The position numbers and the translations under genes were made by a program. Shown here in pieces: positions 30,901-39,137 of a stretch of 64,000 nucleotides of DNA; the first letter of the stretch is position 1, and each line of letters starts with the position of its first letter. This stretch comes from an uncultured beta proteobacterium. GTDB taxonomy: Bacteria; Pseudomonadota; Gammaproteobacteria; Burkholderiales; Burkholderiaceae_C. The notes beneath the pieces are model-generated. The model was not told where the DNA came from. It saw only the letters and a list, made by a program, of their open reading frames with translations, and searched no databases. The stretch covers positions 17,752-81,751 of the forward strand of contig CAWBFC010000004.1 of NCBI GenBank assembly GCA_963788035.1. Reading direction: 5' to 3'.

Positions 30901-33900
30901 GCGACAGCCACTGGGACAGCAGCACCACCGGCCAGGCCAGCAGCCTGGGCGGCGGCACGGCGCGCAGCACGGCCGAGATGCGGCAAGCCAGCAGCTTCAG
31001 TGGCTGGGACCTCAACACCGCCGGCACGGGCGGCACCGTGTGGCGCCTGTACGAGGGCCACACGGCGCCCCTGCTTTCGCGTTTCCTCACGCCCCGCACC
31101 ATCACGCTGGCCGACGCCAGCAAGGTCTACGACGGCACGCTGTCCTTCGGCAATGCGTCGCTGGCGGCCGCCAACGGCACCATCGACTACGCGAACCGCA
31201 TTTTCGTCAGCACACCGTCGGCCGATGCCGGCAGCTACGCCATTGCTGCAGCGGGCGTCTACTCGGTGCAGAACGGCTACGACCTCACCGTCAGCGGCAG
31301 CGCCACGCTCAGCGTCACGCCGCGGCCCATCACCCTGGCCGGCGTGGTGGCCGACAAGGTCTACGACGGCACACGCACGGCCGCGCTGCTGTCCACCGCC
31401 CAGCCCTCGGGCGTGGTGGCCGGCGAAACCCTGACCGTCAACACCACCGGCGCCAGCGCCGTCTTCGACACCCGCAACGCCGGCGCGAACAAGGCCGTCA
31501 CCATCACCGGGCTGAGCTTGTCCGACGGCGCCACCGGCAAGGCCTCGAACTACCTGCTCGCCAGCACCTCCAGCAGCACCGCCAGCATCACGCCGGCACC
31601 TCTGAACGTGGGCGGCTTCACGGCCACCTCGCGCGCCTACGACGGCTCGGTGACCGTGGCCGTCAGCGCCACCGGCGGCAGCGTCAGCGGTGTCATCGGC
31701 AGCGATGACGTGGCGGCCAATGTGGCCGGCGTCACCAACGGCACGGTGGCCGACAAGAACGTCGGCACGGCCAAGCTGGTGACGGTGCTGGGCGCCACCT
31801 TGACGGGGGCCGACGCCGGCAACTACACGATCGCCGGCCTGGACGCTGTCACCGTGGCCATCACGCCGCGCACGCTCACCGTCAACGGGCTGCGCGGCAA
31901 CAACCGCCAATACAACCAGAGCACCGCGGTCTCCGTCTCCACCGCCACGGGTGAGCTCAGTGGCGTGGTGCCTGGCGACGTGCTGCAACTGCGCAGCACC
32001 AGCATCACCGGTACCATGGCCGACCGCCATGCCGGCATCGGCAAAACCGTGGCCGTGTCCGGCAGCAGCCTGCAGCTGCGCGGCGTCGATGCCGCGAACT
32101 ACGCCGTCAGCAGCGCCACGGCCACCGTGGACATCGCGCGCGCCACCGTGTCACTCGGTGCCGACTACTACGGCAGCACCAACGACAAGGTCTACGACGG
32201 CACCGACGCCGCCACCATGGTCACGCCTTACGGCTACAGCAGCACCACGGGCTACATCCTGCCCGGCAGCAGCACCTTCGGCCTGGACAACGTGGCCCTG
32301 AGCTTTGACACGCCGCGCTACGCCGACAAGAACGTCTCGTACAGCGGCACCAGCGTCACCAGCAAGACCATCACCGTCAGCAACGCCGCGCTGAGCGGCA
32401 CCGAAGCCGGCAACTACGTGCTCAGCACCACGAGCGCCACCACCAGCGGGCGCATCACGCCGCGGCCGCTGTCGGTGACGGGCGTCAACCCCGTCAACCG
32501 CGCCTACGACGGGACGGTCAACGTCAGCGTCAACGTCGCCAGCGCTGCTGTCGACACCACGCAGCTCGTCCCAGGCGACAGCGTGACGGTGAGCGTGCCC
32601 GGCTCGGGCACGGTGCTCGGCACCATGGCCAACAAAAACGCGGGCACGGGCAAGGCCGTGGCGGTGCCGGGTTTCGGCCTCAGCGGCGGCGACGCGGGCA
32701 ACTACACGCTCAGTGGCAACGCCGGCGTCACCGTCGACATCGCACGCAAGGAGCTGACGGCCAGCTACACCGCCATCGACAAGGTTTACGACGGCAATGC
32801 CTATGCGGCCGTCAGCGTCAGTTCGGCCGACATCGTGGCCGGCGACGTCGTGCGTTTTTATGCCGACCAGACCTATTGCACGACCTGCGGCTACGCCTAC
32901 TTCGTCACCAGCGCATCGCCGTTGCTCGACCCTGTGCTGTCCAAAGACGCGGGCACCAACAAGCCGGTGCTGGTCACCGACAACGGCCTTTTCAGCACCG
33001 ACGCGGCCAATTACACGCTGCTGAACCCGACCGCCACGCTCAGCGCCAGCATCACGCCCAAGGGCATCACCCCGGTGTTCAGCGGCGTGAGCAAGGTCTA
33101 CGACGGCAGCACCACCGCCACCGTCAACCTCAACACCTCGGCTTCGGGCATCTTCTCGGGCGACGCGGTGAGCCTCACGCGCACCGCCACCTTCGACAAC
33201 AAGAACGCCGGCACGGGCAAGACCGTCACCATCACCGACATCGCCTTCACGGGCGCGGCGGCGGCCAACTACACGCTCAGCACCACCTCGGCCAGCACCA
33301 CCGCAGCGATCACGCGCAAGACGCTGGCCGTGGCAGGCGTCACCGCCACCGACCGCAGCTACGACGGCAGCACCAGCGTGGCCTTGGTGCAGGGCACGCT
33401 GGGCGCCACGGGTGTGGTGGCTGGCGACCTCGTGTCGGTTTCGGCGCCCGGTGGCGGTCTCGGCGCCGGCAGCATTGCCATCAAGGGCGTGGGCAATGCC
33501 AAGGCGGTCACGGTGGCCGGGCTCACGCTGGGCGGCGCCGATGCCGGCAACTACAGCCTCGACGGAAGCCTGGGCGTCACGGTGAACATCACCCCGCGCC
33601 CGCTCACCGCGGTCTACACCGGTATCAGCCGCGAGTACAACGGCGGCGTCAGCGCCGCCGTCAGCGTGGCCTCACCCGACGCCGTCGCTGGCGACGTGCT
33701 CAGCTACACGCAGAACGCCATCTACACCGGGCTGGATGCACGCAATGCCGGCATCAACAAGCCCATTGCCGTGACCAGCATCGTGCTGGGCGGTACCGAC
33801 GCGGCCAACTACAGCCTGGTCAACACCACGGCCAGCACCACCGGCACCATCACGGCCAAGGGCATCACCGTCACCTACACCGGGCTTGCCCGCACCTACA

Positions 33901-36900
33901 ACGGCCTGGCCGACACCAGCGCCCGGGTGGAAGGCGCCTCCACGGGCCTCGTCGCGGGCGACCAGATAGGCTTTGCGCAGACCGCCGTGTTCACCAGCGA
34001 CGGCGCGGTCGGTAGTGGCAAGGCGGTCAGCGTCAGCGGCATCACGCTCACGGGCCCACAAATCACCAACTACAGCGTGCTGAACAGCACGGCCACCACC
34101 ACCGCGAGCATCACGCCACGGCTGCTCGGCGTGACCGGCGTGCTGGCCACCGGCCGCGTCTACGACGGCACGGTCAACGTGCAGCTCAGCACGGCCGGCG
34201 CCACGGTGCTGCCCAGCGGCGTGCTGGCTGGCGACACCGTCAGCGTGGTGCTGCCCGCAGGCGGCATCACCTCGGGCACCATGGCCACCAAAGACGCGGG
34301 CACGAACAAGCCGGTCACCATCACCGGCCTCACGCTCACGGGCGCCTCGGCCAGCAACTACGCCGTGGGCGGTGAGGGGCTCACCGTCAACATCACGCCG
34401 CGGCCGCTGACCGCCACCTACACCGCCGCCGACCGTGTCTACAACGGCGGCACGGGCGCCACCATCACGGGCAGTTCCAGCGACATCCTGACGGTGGACA
34501 TCGGGGCCCTGGCCATCGTCGCCAGCGGCAGTTTCAGCGACGGCAAGAACGTCGGCGACGGCAAGGCGGTGGCCGTCACCGGGGGCTTCCTCAGTGGCGC
34601 CGAGCGCAACAACTACACCCTGGTCAACGCCAGCGGCAACACCACGGCCAGCATCACCCCACGCACCCTGACGGCCACCTACACCGGCGGCACGCGCGTC
34701 TACGACGGTGGTGTGGCCGCCCCCGTGACGGCCAGCAATGCTGGCGTTCTCGCCGGTGACCTGCTCGGCTTCACGCAGAGCGCGGTGTTCACCGGCGCCG
34801 GCGCCAAGAACGTGGGCACCGGCAAGGCCATCGCCGTCAGCGACATCGTGCTGACCGGCGCCGACGCCATGAACTACAGGCTGCTCGACACCACCGCCAG
34901 CACCACGGGCAGCGTCACGCGCAAGGCCATCAGCATCGACGGCATCACTGGCGCTACGGCCACGCCGCGCGTCTACGACGGCAGCACCACGGTGGCCGTG
35001 GTCGTGGCCAGCAACGGCAGCATCGCGCCCAGCAGCGCCGACATCGTGGATGGCGACACCGTCACGATCAGCCTGCCCGAAGGCGGCATCACCACCGGCA
35101 CCATGGCCAACAAGAACGCGGGCTCCGGCAAGGCCGTGGCGGTGGACGGCCTCACGCTCGGCGGCGCGGATGCCGGCAACTACGTGGTGGCCGCCACCAC
35201 GGGCATCACCGTCGATATCGCGAAGAAGGCCCTGAACGCTGTTTACACCGGCGTCAACCGCGTCTACGACGGCAGCACCGCCGCCACCGCCACCGCCACC
35301 TCGGCCGACATCATCGGCGGCGACGCCGTGCTCATCGGCGGCGGCGGGGTCTTCACCGGCGACGGTGCGCGCAACGTCGGCAGCGGCAAGGCCGTCAGCG
35401 TGCTCAGCGGCGCGCTGAGCGGAGCCGACGCGGGCAATTACGCGCTGCTCAACCCCACCGGCAGCACCACCGCCAGCATCACGCCGCGGCCGGTGACGCC
35501 GGGCTACACCGGGCTGGACAAGGTCTATGACGGCAACACCAGCGCGCTGGTGCAGGCCAGCGGCAGCGGCTTCATCGCTGGCGACGCGGTGCAACTCAGC
35601 CAGACGGCGGTGTTCACCGGCAACAAGAATGTCGGTGCCGACAAGGCCATCGCGGTCAGCGCCATCGCGCTGCAAGGCTCGGATGCGGCCAACTACAGCC
35701 TCACCGCCACCGCGGCCACCGCCACCGGCAGCATCACGCCCAAACCTCTGCGCATTGACGGCCTCACCGGCGTGAGCGCCACCGACCGCGCCTACGATGG
35801 TGAGATCACGGTGGCCGTGGTCGTCAGCGCCAGCGGCCCCATAGCCCCGAACCCGCAAGACCTGGTCGCCGGCGACGTCGTCACCGTCACCGCGCCGGCC
35901 ACCGGCAACACCACGGGCACGGTGGCTGACAAAAACGTCGGCAGCAACAAGCCGGTGGCCGTGGCCGGCCTGAACCTGGGCGGCGCCGATGCCGGCAACT
36001 ACAGCATCACCGCCACCAGCGGCGTCACGGTGAACATCACGCCGCGCCTGCTGACGGCGGTGTACACGGCGACCACGCGCGAATACGACGGCAGCACGGC
36101 AGCGGCGATCACCGGCAGTTCTGGCGACATCGTCGCGGGCGACGCGCTCAGCATCACCGGCACCGGCGCCTACACCGGCACGGGTGCGCGCAACGCCGGC
36201 ACAGGCAAGGTGGCCGAGGTGCTCAGCATCGGCCTCACCGGCGCTGACGCGGGCAACTACAGCCTGCTCAACCCCACGGGCTCGGCCACAGGCACGGTCA
36301 CGCCGCGGGCGCTGGTGGTCAGCTACAGCGGTGGCAGCCGGGTCTACGACGGCACCACGGCAGCGCCAGTGGTCGGCAGCGCCGAGCGGTTCATTGCTGG
36401 CGACGACGCCCGCCTCACCCAGACCGCCGTGTTCACCGGTGCTGGTGCGAAAAACGTGGGCAGCGGCAAGGCCGTGGCCATCAGCGACATCGCGCTGGTC
36501 GGCAGCGACGCCGCGAACTACACGCTCAACATCGGCAGCGCCAGCACCGCGGCCAGCGTGACACCGCGGCCGCTGCGCATCGACGGCTTCACCGGCGTGG
36601 TCGCCACCGACCGCGTCTACGACGGCAGCACGGCGGTGGCCATCACCGTGCAAGGCAGCGGCACGCTGGGTGCCAACACGGTCGACCTGGTCATGGGCGA
36701 CGACGTGGGCGTGCTGCCCCCGCCCAGTGGCAGCAACGCCGGCCTGCTGGCCGATAAAAACGCCGGCACGAACAAACCCGTGACGGTGGTGGGCGTCACG
36801 CTCAGCGGCGCCGATGCGGGCAACTACAGCGTTGCCGCGGCCACGGGTGTGACGGTCAACATCACGCCGCGGCCCTTGACGGCCGTGTGGACGGGCCTGA

Positions 36901-39128
36901 GCCGCATTTACGACGGCAGCACCGCGGTCAGCGTCAGCGGCAGTTCCACCGACATCCGTGGCGATGACGTGCTCACGCTGGCCGCCAGCGGCCAGTTCAG
37001 CGGTGAAGGCGCGCGCAACGTCGGCAGCGGCAAGAGCCTGAGCTTCAGCAACGGCGTGCTCAGCGGCACCGACGCGCAGAACTACCAGCTCACCAACCCC
37101 AGCGGCACGGCCACGGCCGACGTCACGCCGCGCACCTTGACCCCCAGCTACAGCGGCGGCACGCGCGTCTACGACGGCACGGTCGGCGCGCCAGTCAGCG
37201 CCACGCTGGCCGGGCTGGTGGCCGGCGATGCGGTGGCCACCGCCCAGAACGCGGTGTTCACCGGTGCCGGCGCGAAAAACGCCGGCACCGACAAGGCGGT
37301 GCAGGTCAGCGCGGTCACGCTGCTGGGCAGCGATGCCGGCAACTACGTGCTGGCCGGCGACAGCGCCAGCACCACGGCCACCGTCACGCCGCGGCCGCTG
37401 AACGTCAGCGGCTTGACGGGCCTGCAGGCGGTGGACCGTGTCTACGACGGCACGCGCGCGGTGCAGATCACCGGCACGCTGGTGGTGGGCAGCACCTCGG
37501 GCGATGTGATCGCCGGCGACGAGATCAGCCTCAACCTGCCCGGCGGCGACGTCAACACCGGCACGCTGGTCGACAAGAACGCCGGCACCGGCAAATCGGT
37601 GGCCCTCAGTGGCCTCACGCTGGGCGGCGCCGACGCCATCAACTACCAGATCACCGGCACGGCCGGCCTCACCGTCAACATCGCGCCGCGGCCGGTGGCG
37701 CTGCTGGGCGTGAGCGCGCTGAACCGCGTTTACGACGGCAGCAACACCGTGGTGCTGGACACCAGCGCCGGCAGCCTGGCGGGCGCGCTGCCCGGCGACA
37801 ACCTGCAGTTGCTGGGCAGCGGCGTCACCGGCACCACCGCGGACAAGGCCGCGGGCACCGGCAAGGCCGTCAGCCTCTCAGGTGCGGGCTTCGGCCTGGG
37901 CGGCAGCGACGCCGCCAACTACAGCCTGCAAGCCAGCGGTCTGACGGTGGACATCAGCCCGCGCAGCCTCGTCGTCACCGCGACGGGCGTGGACAAGGTC
38001 TACGACGGCAGCAGCGGCGCGCAAGTGGTCTTCGCCAGCGACGTGCTGGCGGGCGATCAGCTCACCATCGCCGCAGCCAACAGCAGCTTCGCCAGCGCCG
38101 ATGCCGGCACCGGACTGGCCATCACCGTCAGCGGCCTCACCGTCGGCGGCCGCGACGCCGGCAACTACCTGCTGGCCACGCCCACGCTGAGCACGGGCGC
38201 CACCATCGAGCGCAAGGCCGCCACGCTCACCGCCGGCAACCTCGACAAACTCTACGGCGATCTGCGGGGCCTGCCGGGCTCGGCCTTCAGCACCTCGGGC
38301 CTGGTGGTGGGCGAAAGCCTGGGCAGCGTGACGCTCGTCAGCGCTGGCGCCGACTCTGGCGCGAACGCTGGCAATTACCTCATCCATGCCAGCGGTGCCA
38401 GCGGCGGCAACGCCAAGCTCGGCAACTACCTGCTCACCTACGTGCCCGGCACGCTGGAAGTCAAGCCACGCCCGCTGACCCTGGCGGCCAACAGCGTGGT
38501 GCGCTTCGACGACGGGCGCAACCCCGAGAGCTTCAACTTCAGCGCCAGTGTCGGCAGCCTCGTCAACCTCGACCGCATCGGCGCCGTGACCGTCACCGCC
38601 CCAGACGCCAGCATCGGTGCCAAGGGTGTTTCGGTCTTCACGCTGCAGACCTCGGACGCGCAGTTCAGCAACGGCAGCGCCAGCAACTACGCCATCAGCT
38701 ACGGCAGCGGCCTGCTGCTCGTGCTGCCCGCGCCGCCGCGTGTGGACGATGCCAACACCGGCGGCGAAGGCCCGCAAGGTCTGGCCGTGGTGGCCGACCC
38801 CGTGGCCGTGGCGGCGGCCGAAAAAACGCTCGCCCAGTTGGCCGCCTTCCTGACGGCGCCGCGTAATGATGCTGAGGCCGGCACCGGCACCGGTGATGGC
38901 ACCGCCCGGGCTGCCCGCAGCACCGACGGCCCCACGGCGGCGCTCACGCCGCAAGCCTCGGCGGCGGCCGCCGCCGCCCTGGCCGCGCTGCTCTCGGGCG
39001 ACGCCACGCGCGTGAACCTGCCCGAGTTGCAGCGACTGCCGCTGCTGAGCTTCGAGCCGGCGCTGCGCCGCCTGCTGGCCGGTGCGGCCAGCTTTCGCAA
39101 CCCACCGGCGGCGCCGCCCCCGCCCTGA
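24978..39128 (+). CDS. Giant TpsA exoprotein (filamentous-haemagglutinin-like), 4716 aa: TPS domain + GLUG-like region + ~26 YDG modules + MBG-like modules
   Basis: Start ATG 24978 overlaps the tpsB stop (ATGA). The TPS domain reads LDWQSFNIGSGATVEFRQPSASSVALNRVLG...GQVFLSNPNGVLFAPGARVDVGGLVAST. The rest is described under the repeat features. ORF-track start 24861 lies inside tpsB. Confidence 0.9.
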   Translation: MTRLGAAPLTPAARSPAMPTRPALAAPSSQAPAASRAARRRAPRLRTRLLRLSRLLAWLLAAWAGPGTLALAQVAPGSLPGGAQVVVGSGTLVHSPNLLVIQQNTARLGLDWQSFNIGSGATVEFRQPSASSVALNRVLGHSGTEIYGQLRANGQVFLSNPNGVLFAPGARVDVGGLVASTLDLTQQDFAAGRYVFTATTAGAPGSTVRNQGQLNASTGGYLALFGQQVVNEGGMQVDAGAVVLASGRAATVSISGSGLVSAAVTPGLLAGQVDNAGRISSDGGVVTLSAKSAQDVAASLVNNTGIVRANTLVERAGEIWITGDHVASSGTLVAAAPAGGDAGRISVKGGMAEGRLAMAGRVDVSAAAGRGGQVETSAAQVGIARDTRVDSRGGTATGSWLIDPTDLTIAAGSGAQTASGIGADTLAGNLGTTNVTLATASTGSEAGDIHVNADVAWSSNNSLTLQASRDVNLNASLIATGASAGLVLSPGTGGALRINTTDTLSPKVTLSGANATLSIANQAYTLVRDVAGLQAMQSGLAGRYALAVDLDASSTATNGFTPIGNEAATSVTTTNAFTGTFEGLGHSISGLTINRSGSSANAVGLFATTNNATLRNVQLVGGAVSGRLFVGAVAGYTNGSTTLTNVRSSATVAATTTDGNTVRVGGLVGLMGGSNGAAGVSDSVATGAVSASVANSTTVNAGGLVGEVDVGSLSRVRSTGAVTAGLSAGTNDSGITAGGLVGRHSGGAISVATATGNVSGGRYVGGLVGYLDAGSVTGARAEGQVSANGDAGGLFGLATGTGSLADVAALGPVSSSLSNYSVGGAVGYLAMTGSLTGITAAGNVSGGIYTGGVIGYYNPATAVSAATVGSVNHASKTITGGSWVGGFIGYMNQAAALSGLSASSTVVATGTGGAVGGVVGRSSGAVSGSSAGGSASGPGTVGGLVGVASGAGGMSTSSASTTVTGTGTGGEVGGLVGRYNNSGNLDGGSASGAVQGGTGGAAVAGGLVGTFDSSASLVNGSTATTSTVSGAGDTGGLVGQAFGSGTAAVTGATVRGTVTGGTTGSLGGLAGEFSMPGGWSGVTVEGAVSGGTYAGGLVGYYSSSAAITSGSYTPAAVSGVSFAGGIVGYMATTAAISGPSSASPWVITTQVTATGTSGAAGGLAGRTAGSVANIRTTGSVASGDDAGGVIGRADGAGTLTQLHATGSVSTSNTASSVGGVVGLLSSSGAFNNATGGGTVSGGRYGGGVIGYFSGSATLQTLRGEGAVNSAGDAGGVLGFASGSGSISDADGLGTVTSSDTASYSVGGAIGYFNLSGGLSDITAAGNVNGGAHTGGVIGYHATASALTSTSLSYTNSASRTVTGAYWVGGLIGYSNASSITGLGSAAAVAVSGTSASAAAGGLAGRTAGAVSSSSASGNVTSPGRAGGLVGQAEGNHSFTDTIATGAVSGLSAAGGLIGYVSSNTTLLRAGASGTVFTRDAGGGLVGQHNGGAITDSNASGSVTGLSDSTVYLGGLVGQYGSGCYYCTPGAGFTITNSHATGSVRADASGIYAGGLVGYVYSGVLNNVSASGSVTAVDAVSSSSNEMIGGLVGYFGNYNQSGSISGSNASGAVSGGYYSGGLVGYYIGGAISNSGATGSVTGGIETGGLIGYANLYGPMQDVSASGAVTAALNTSTYTRVGGLVGRMYFYTADNVTGGALTNGSASGAVTAPTDSGEIGGLIGFLGAYNAEAGPVNDSRATGKVTGGNLSGGLIGYFDNGSGHSALLNSTASGAVSGGTYSGGLVGYYQRSAATGRADDITNSSASGDVTGSYFAGGLVGYFDGRHGIVGSHATGQVIGNNAVNDKFLGGLVGYFYARHTSSSNLADIHASYATGAVSLAPGSTLGTFADVYAGGLVGYLAGQSAGAAVVDAYATGAVTVAASSGRFYAGGLVAYASAGQNVLRGYASGAVSATGGNTRSTGGLLAGRSATTSTVSDSHWDSSTTGQASSLGGGTARSTAEMRQASSFSGWDLNTAGTGGTVWRLYEGHTAPLLSRFLTPRTITLADASKVYDGTLSFGNASLAAANGTIDYANRIFVSTPSADAGSYAIAAAGVYSVQNGYDLTVSGSATLSVTPRPITLAGVVADKVYDGTRTAALLSTAQPSGVVAGETLTVNTTGASAVFDTRNAGANKAVTITGLSLSDGATGKASNYLLASTSSSTASITPAPLNVGGFTATSRAYDGSVTVAVSATGGSVSGVIGSDDVAANVAGVTNGTVADKNVGTAKLVTVLGATLTGADAGNYTIAGLDAVTVAITPRTLTVNGLRGNNRQYNQSTAVSVSTATGELSGVVPGDVLQLRSTSITGTMADRHAGIGKTVAVSGSSLQLRGVDAANYAVSSATATVDIARATVSLGADYYGSTNDKVYDGTDAATMVTPYGYSSTTGYILPGSSTFGLDNVALSFDTPRYADKNVSYSGTSVTSKTITVSNAALSGTEAGNYVLSTTSATTSGRITPRPLSVTGVNPVNRAYDGTVNVSVNVASAAVDTTQLVPGDSVTVSVPGSGTVLGTMANKNAGTGKAVAVPGFGLSGGDAGNYTLSGNAGVTVDIARKELTASYTAIDKVYDGNAYAAVSVSSADIVAGDVVRFYADQTYCTTCGYAYFVTSASPLLDPVLSKDAGTNKPVLVTDNGLFSTDAANYTLLNPTATLSASITPKGITPVFSGVSKVYDGSTTATVNLNTSASGIFSGDAVSLTRTATFDNKNAGTGKTVTITDIAFTGAAAANYTLSTTSASTTAAITRKTLAVAGVTATDRSYDGSTSVALVQGTLGATGVVAGDLVSVSAPGGGLGAGSIAIKGVGNAKAVTVAGLTLGGADAGNYSLDGSLGVTVNITPRPLTAVYTGISREYNGGVSAAVSVASPDAVAGDVLSYTQNAIYTGLDARNAGINKPIAVTSIVLGGTDAANYSLVNTTASTTGTITAKGITVTYTGLARTYNGLADTSARVEGASTGLVAGDQIGFAQTAVFTSDGAVGSGKAVSVSGITLTGPQITNYSVLNSTATTTASITPRLLGVTGVLATGRVYDGTVNVQLSTAGATVLPSGVLAGDTVSVVLPAGGITSGTMATKDAGTNKPVTITGLTLTGASASNYAVGGEGLTVNITPRPLTATYTAADRVYNGGTGATITGSSSDILTVDIGALAIVASGSFSDGKNVGDGKAVAVTGGFLSGAERNNYTLVNASGNTTASITPRTLTATYTGGTRVYDGGVAAPVTASNAGVLAGDLLGFTQSAVFTGAGAKNVGTGKAIAVSDIVLTGADAMNYRLLDTTASTTGSVTRKAISIDGITGATATPRVYDGSTTVAVVVASNGSIAPSSADIVDGDTVTISLPEGGITTGTMANKNAGSGKAVAVDGLTLGGADAGNYVVAATTGITVDIAKKALNAVYTGVNRVYDGSTAATATATSADIIGGDAVLIGGGGVFTGDGARNVGSGKAVSVLSGALSGADAGNYALLNPTGSTTASITPRPVTPGYTGLDKVYDGNTSALVQASGSGFIAGDAVQLSQTAVFTGNKNVGADKAIAVSAIALQGSDAANYSLTATAATATGSITPKPLRIDGLTGVSATDRAYDGEITVAVVVSASGPIAPNPQDLVAGDVVTVTAPATGNTTGTVADKNVGSNKPVAVAGLNLGGADAGNYSITATSGVTVNITPRLLTAVYTATTREYDGSTAAAITGSSGDIVAGDALSITGTGAYTGTGARNAGTGKVAEVLSIGLTGADAGNYSLLNPTGSATGTVTPRALVVSYSGGSRVYDGTTAAPVVGSAERFIAGDDARLTQTAVFTGAGAKNVGSGKAVAISDIALVGSDAANYTLNIGSASTAASVTPRPLRIDGFTGVVATDRVYDGSTAVAITVQGSGTLGANTVDLVMGDDVGVLPPPSGSNAGLLADKNAGTNKPVTVVGVTLSGADAGNYSVAAATGVTVNITPRPLTAVWTGLSRIYDGSTAVSVSGSSTDIRGDDVLTLAASGQFSGEGARNVGSGKSLSFSNGVLSGTDAQNYQLTNPSGTATADVTPRTLTPSYSGGTRVYDGTVGAPVSATLAGLVAGDAVATAQNAVFTGAGAKNAGTDKAVQVSAVTLLGSDAGNYVLAGDSASTTATVTPRPLNVSGLTGLQAVDRVYDGTRAVQITGTLVVGSTSGDVIAGDEISLNLPGGDVNTGTLVDKNAGTGKSVALSGLTLGGADAINYQITGTAGLTVNIAPRPVALLGVSALNRVYDGSNTVVLDTSAGSLAGALPGDNLQLLGSGVTGTTADKAAGTGKAVSLSGAGFGLGGSDAANYSLQASGLTVDISPRSLVVTATGVDKVYDGSSGAQVVFASDVLAGDQLTIAAANSSFASADAGTGLAITVSGLTVGGRDAGNYLLATPTLSTGATIERKAATLTAGNLDKLYGDLRGLPGSAFSTSGLVVGESLGSVTLVSAGADSGANAGNYLIHASGASGGNAKLGNYLLTYVPGTLEVKPRPLTLAANSVVRFDDGRNPESFNFSASVGSLVNLDRIGAVTVTAPDASIGAKGVSVFTLQTSDAQFSNGSASNYAISYGSGLLLVLPAPPRVDDANTGGEGPQGLAVVADPVAVAAAEKTLAQLAAFLTAPRNDAEAGTGTGDGTARAARSTDGPTAALTPQASAAAAAALAALLSGDATRVNLPELQRLPLLSFEPALRRLLAGAASFRNPPAAPPPP
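26690..30900 (+). repeat. In-frame GGLVG/GGLIG (GLUG-motif-like) degenerate repeat region of tpsA
   Basis: Dozens of G-G-[LV]-[VI]-G-[YRQ] cores are spaced roughly 20-35 aa apart (AGGLVGRHSGG, VGGLVGYLDAG, TGGVIGYYNP, and others). The region closes with the WD...GQASSLGGGTARSTAEMRQASSFSGWDL...VWRLYEGHTAPLL segment that usually terminates such regions. Confidence 0.7.
31090..38200 (+). repeat. Tandem array of ~26 YDG-type modules (~90-100 aa each) with a ~820-bp (three-module) super-repeat
   Basis: The recurring block is [RK]-x-Y-[DN]-G...NAG-x-[GN]-K-x-V...G-x-DA-x-NY-x-L...[IV]TPR-x-L. Antisense 'MPASAPPSV...' shadow ORFs recur with right-hand ends at 33550, 34357, 35179, 35998, 36823 and 37642. 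That spacing (807-825 bp) reveals the higher-order period. Confidence 0.85.
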
Positions 39129-39137
39129 AGGCCCGCC

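Noticed and set aside
31637-37918. Recurrent 60-70-aa minus-strand ORFs starting MPASAPPSV/MPASAPLSV at ~820-bp intervals
   Set aside because: They look like a conserved small-protein family, but they are antisense images of the repeated NAG-x-GKAV...GADAGNY segment of tpsA. I used them only as evidence for the super-repeat period.
26690-38200. CRISPR-like periodicity
   Set aside because: The repeats are in-frame protein modules of 60-300 nt with degenerate sequence inside one continuous ORF. No short identical direct repeats with unique spacers occur, and no cas genes are present.
38700-39128. Possible CdiA-type polymorphic toxin tip and immunity gene at the tpsA 3' end
   Set aside because: There is no VENN-like pre-toxin motif. 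The last ~140 aa are Ala/Pro-rich low complexity. The next gene is a 471-aa TPR-barrel protein, not a small immunity protein.
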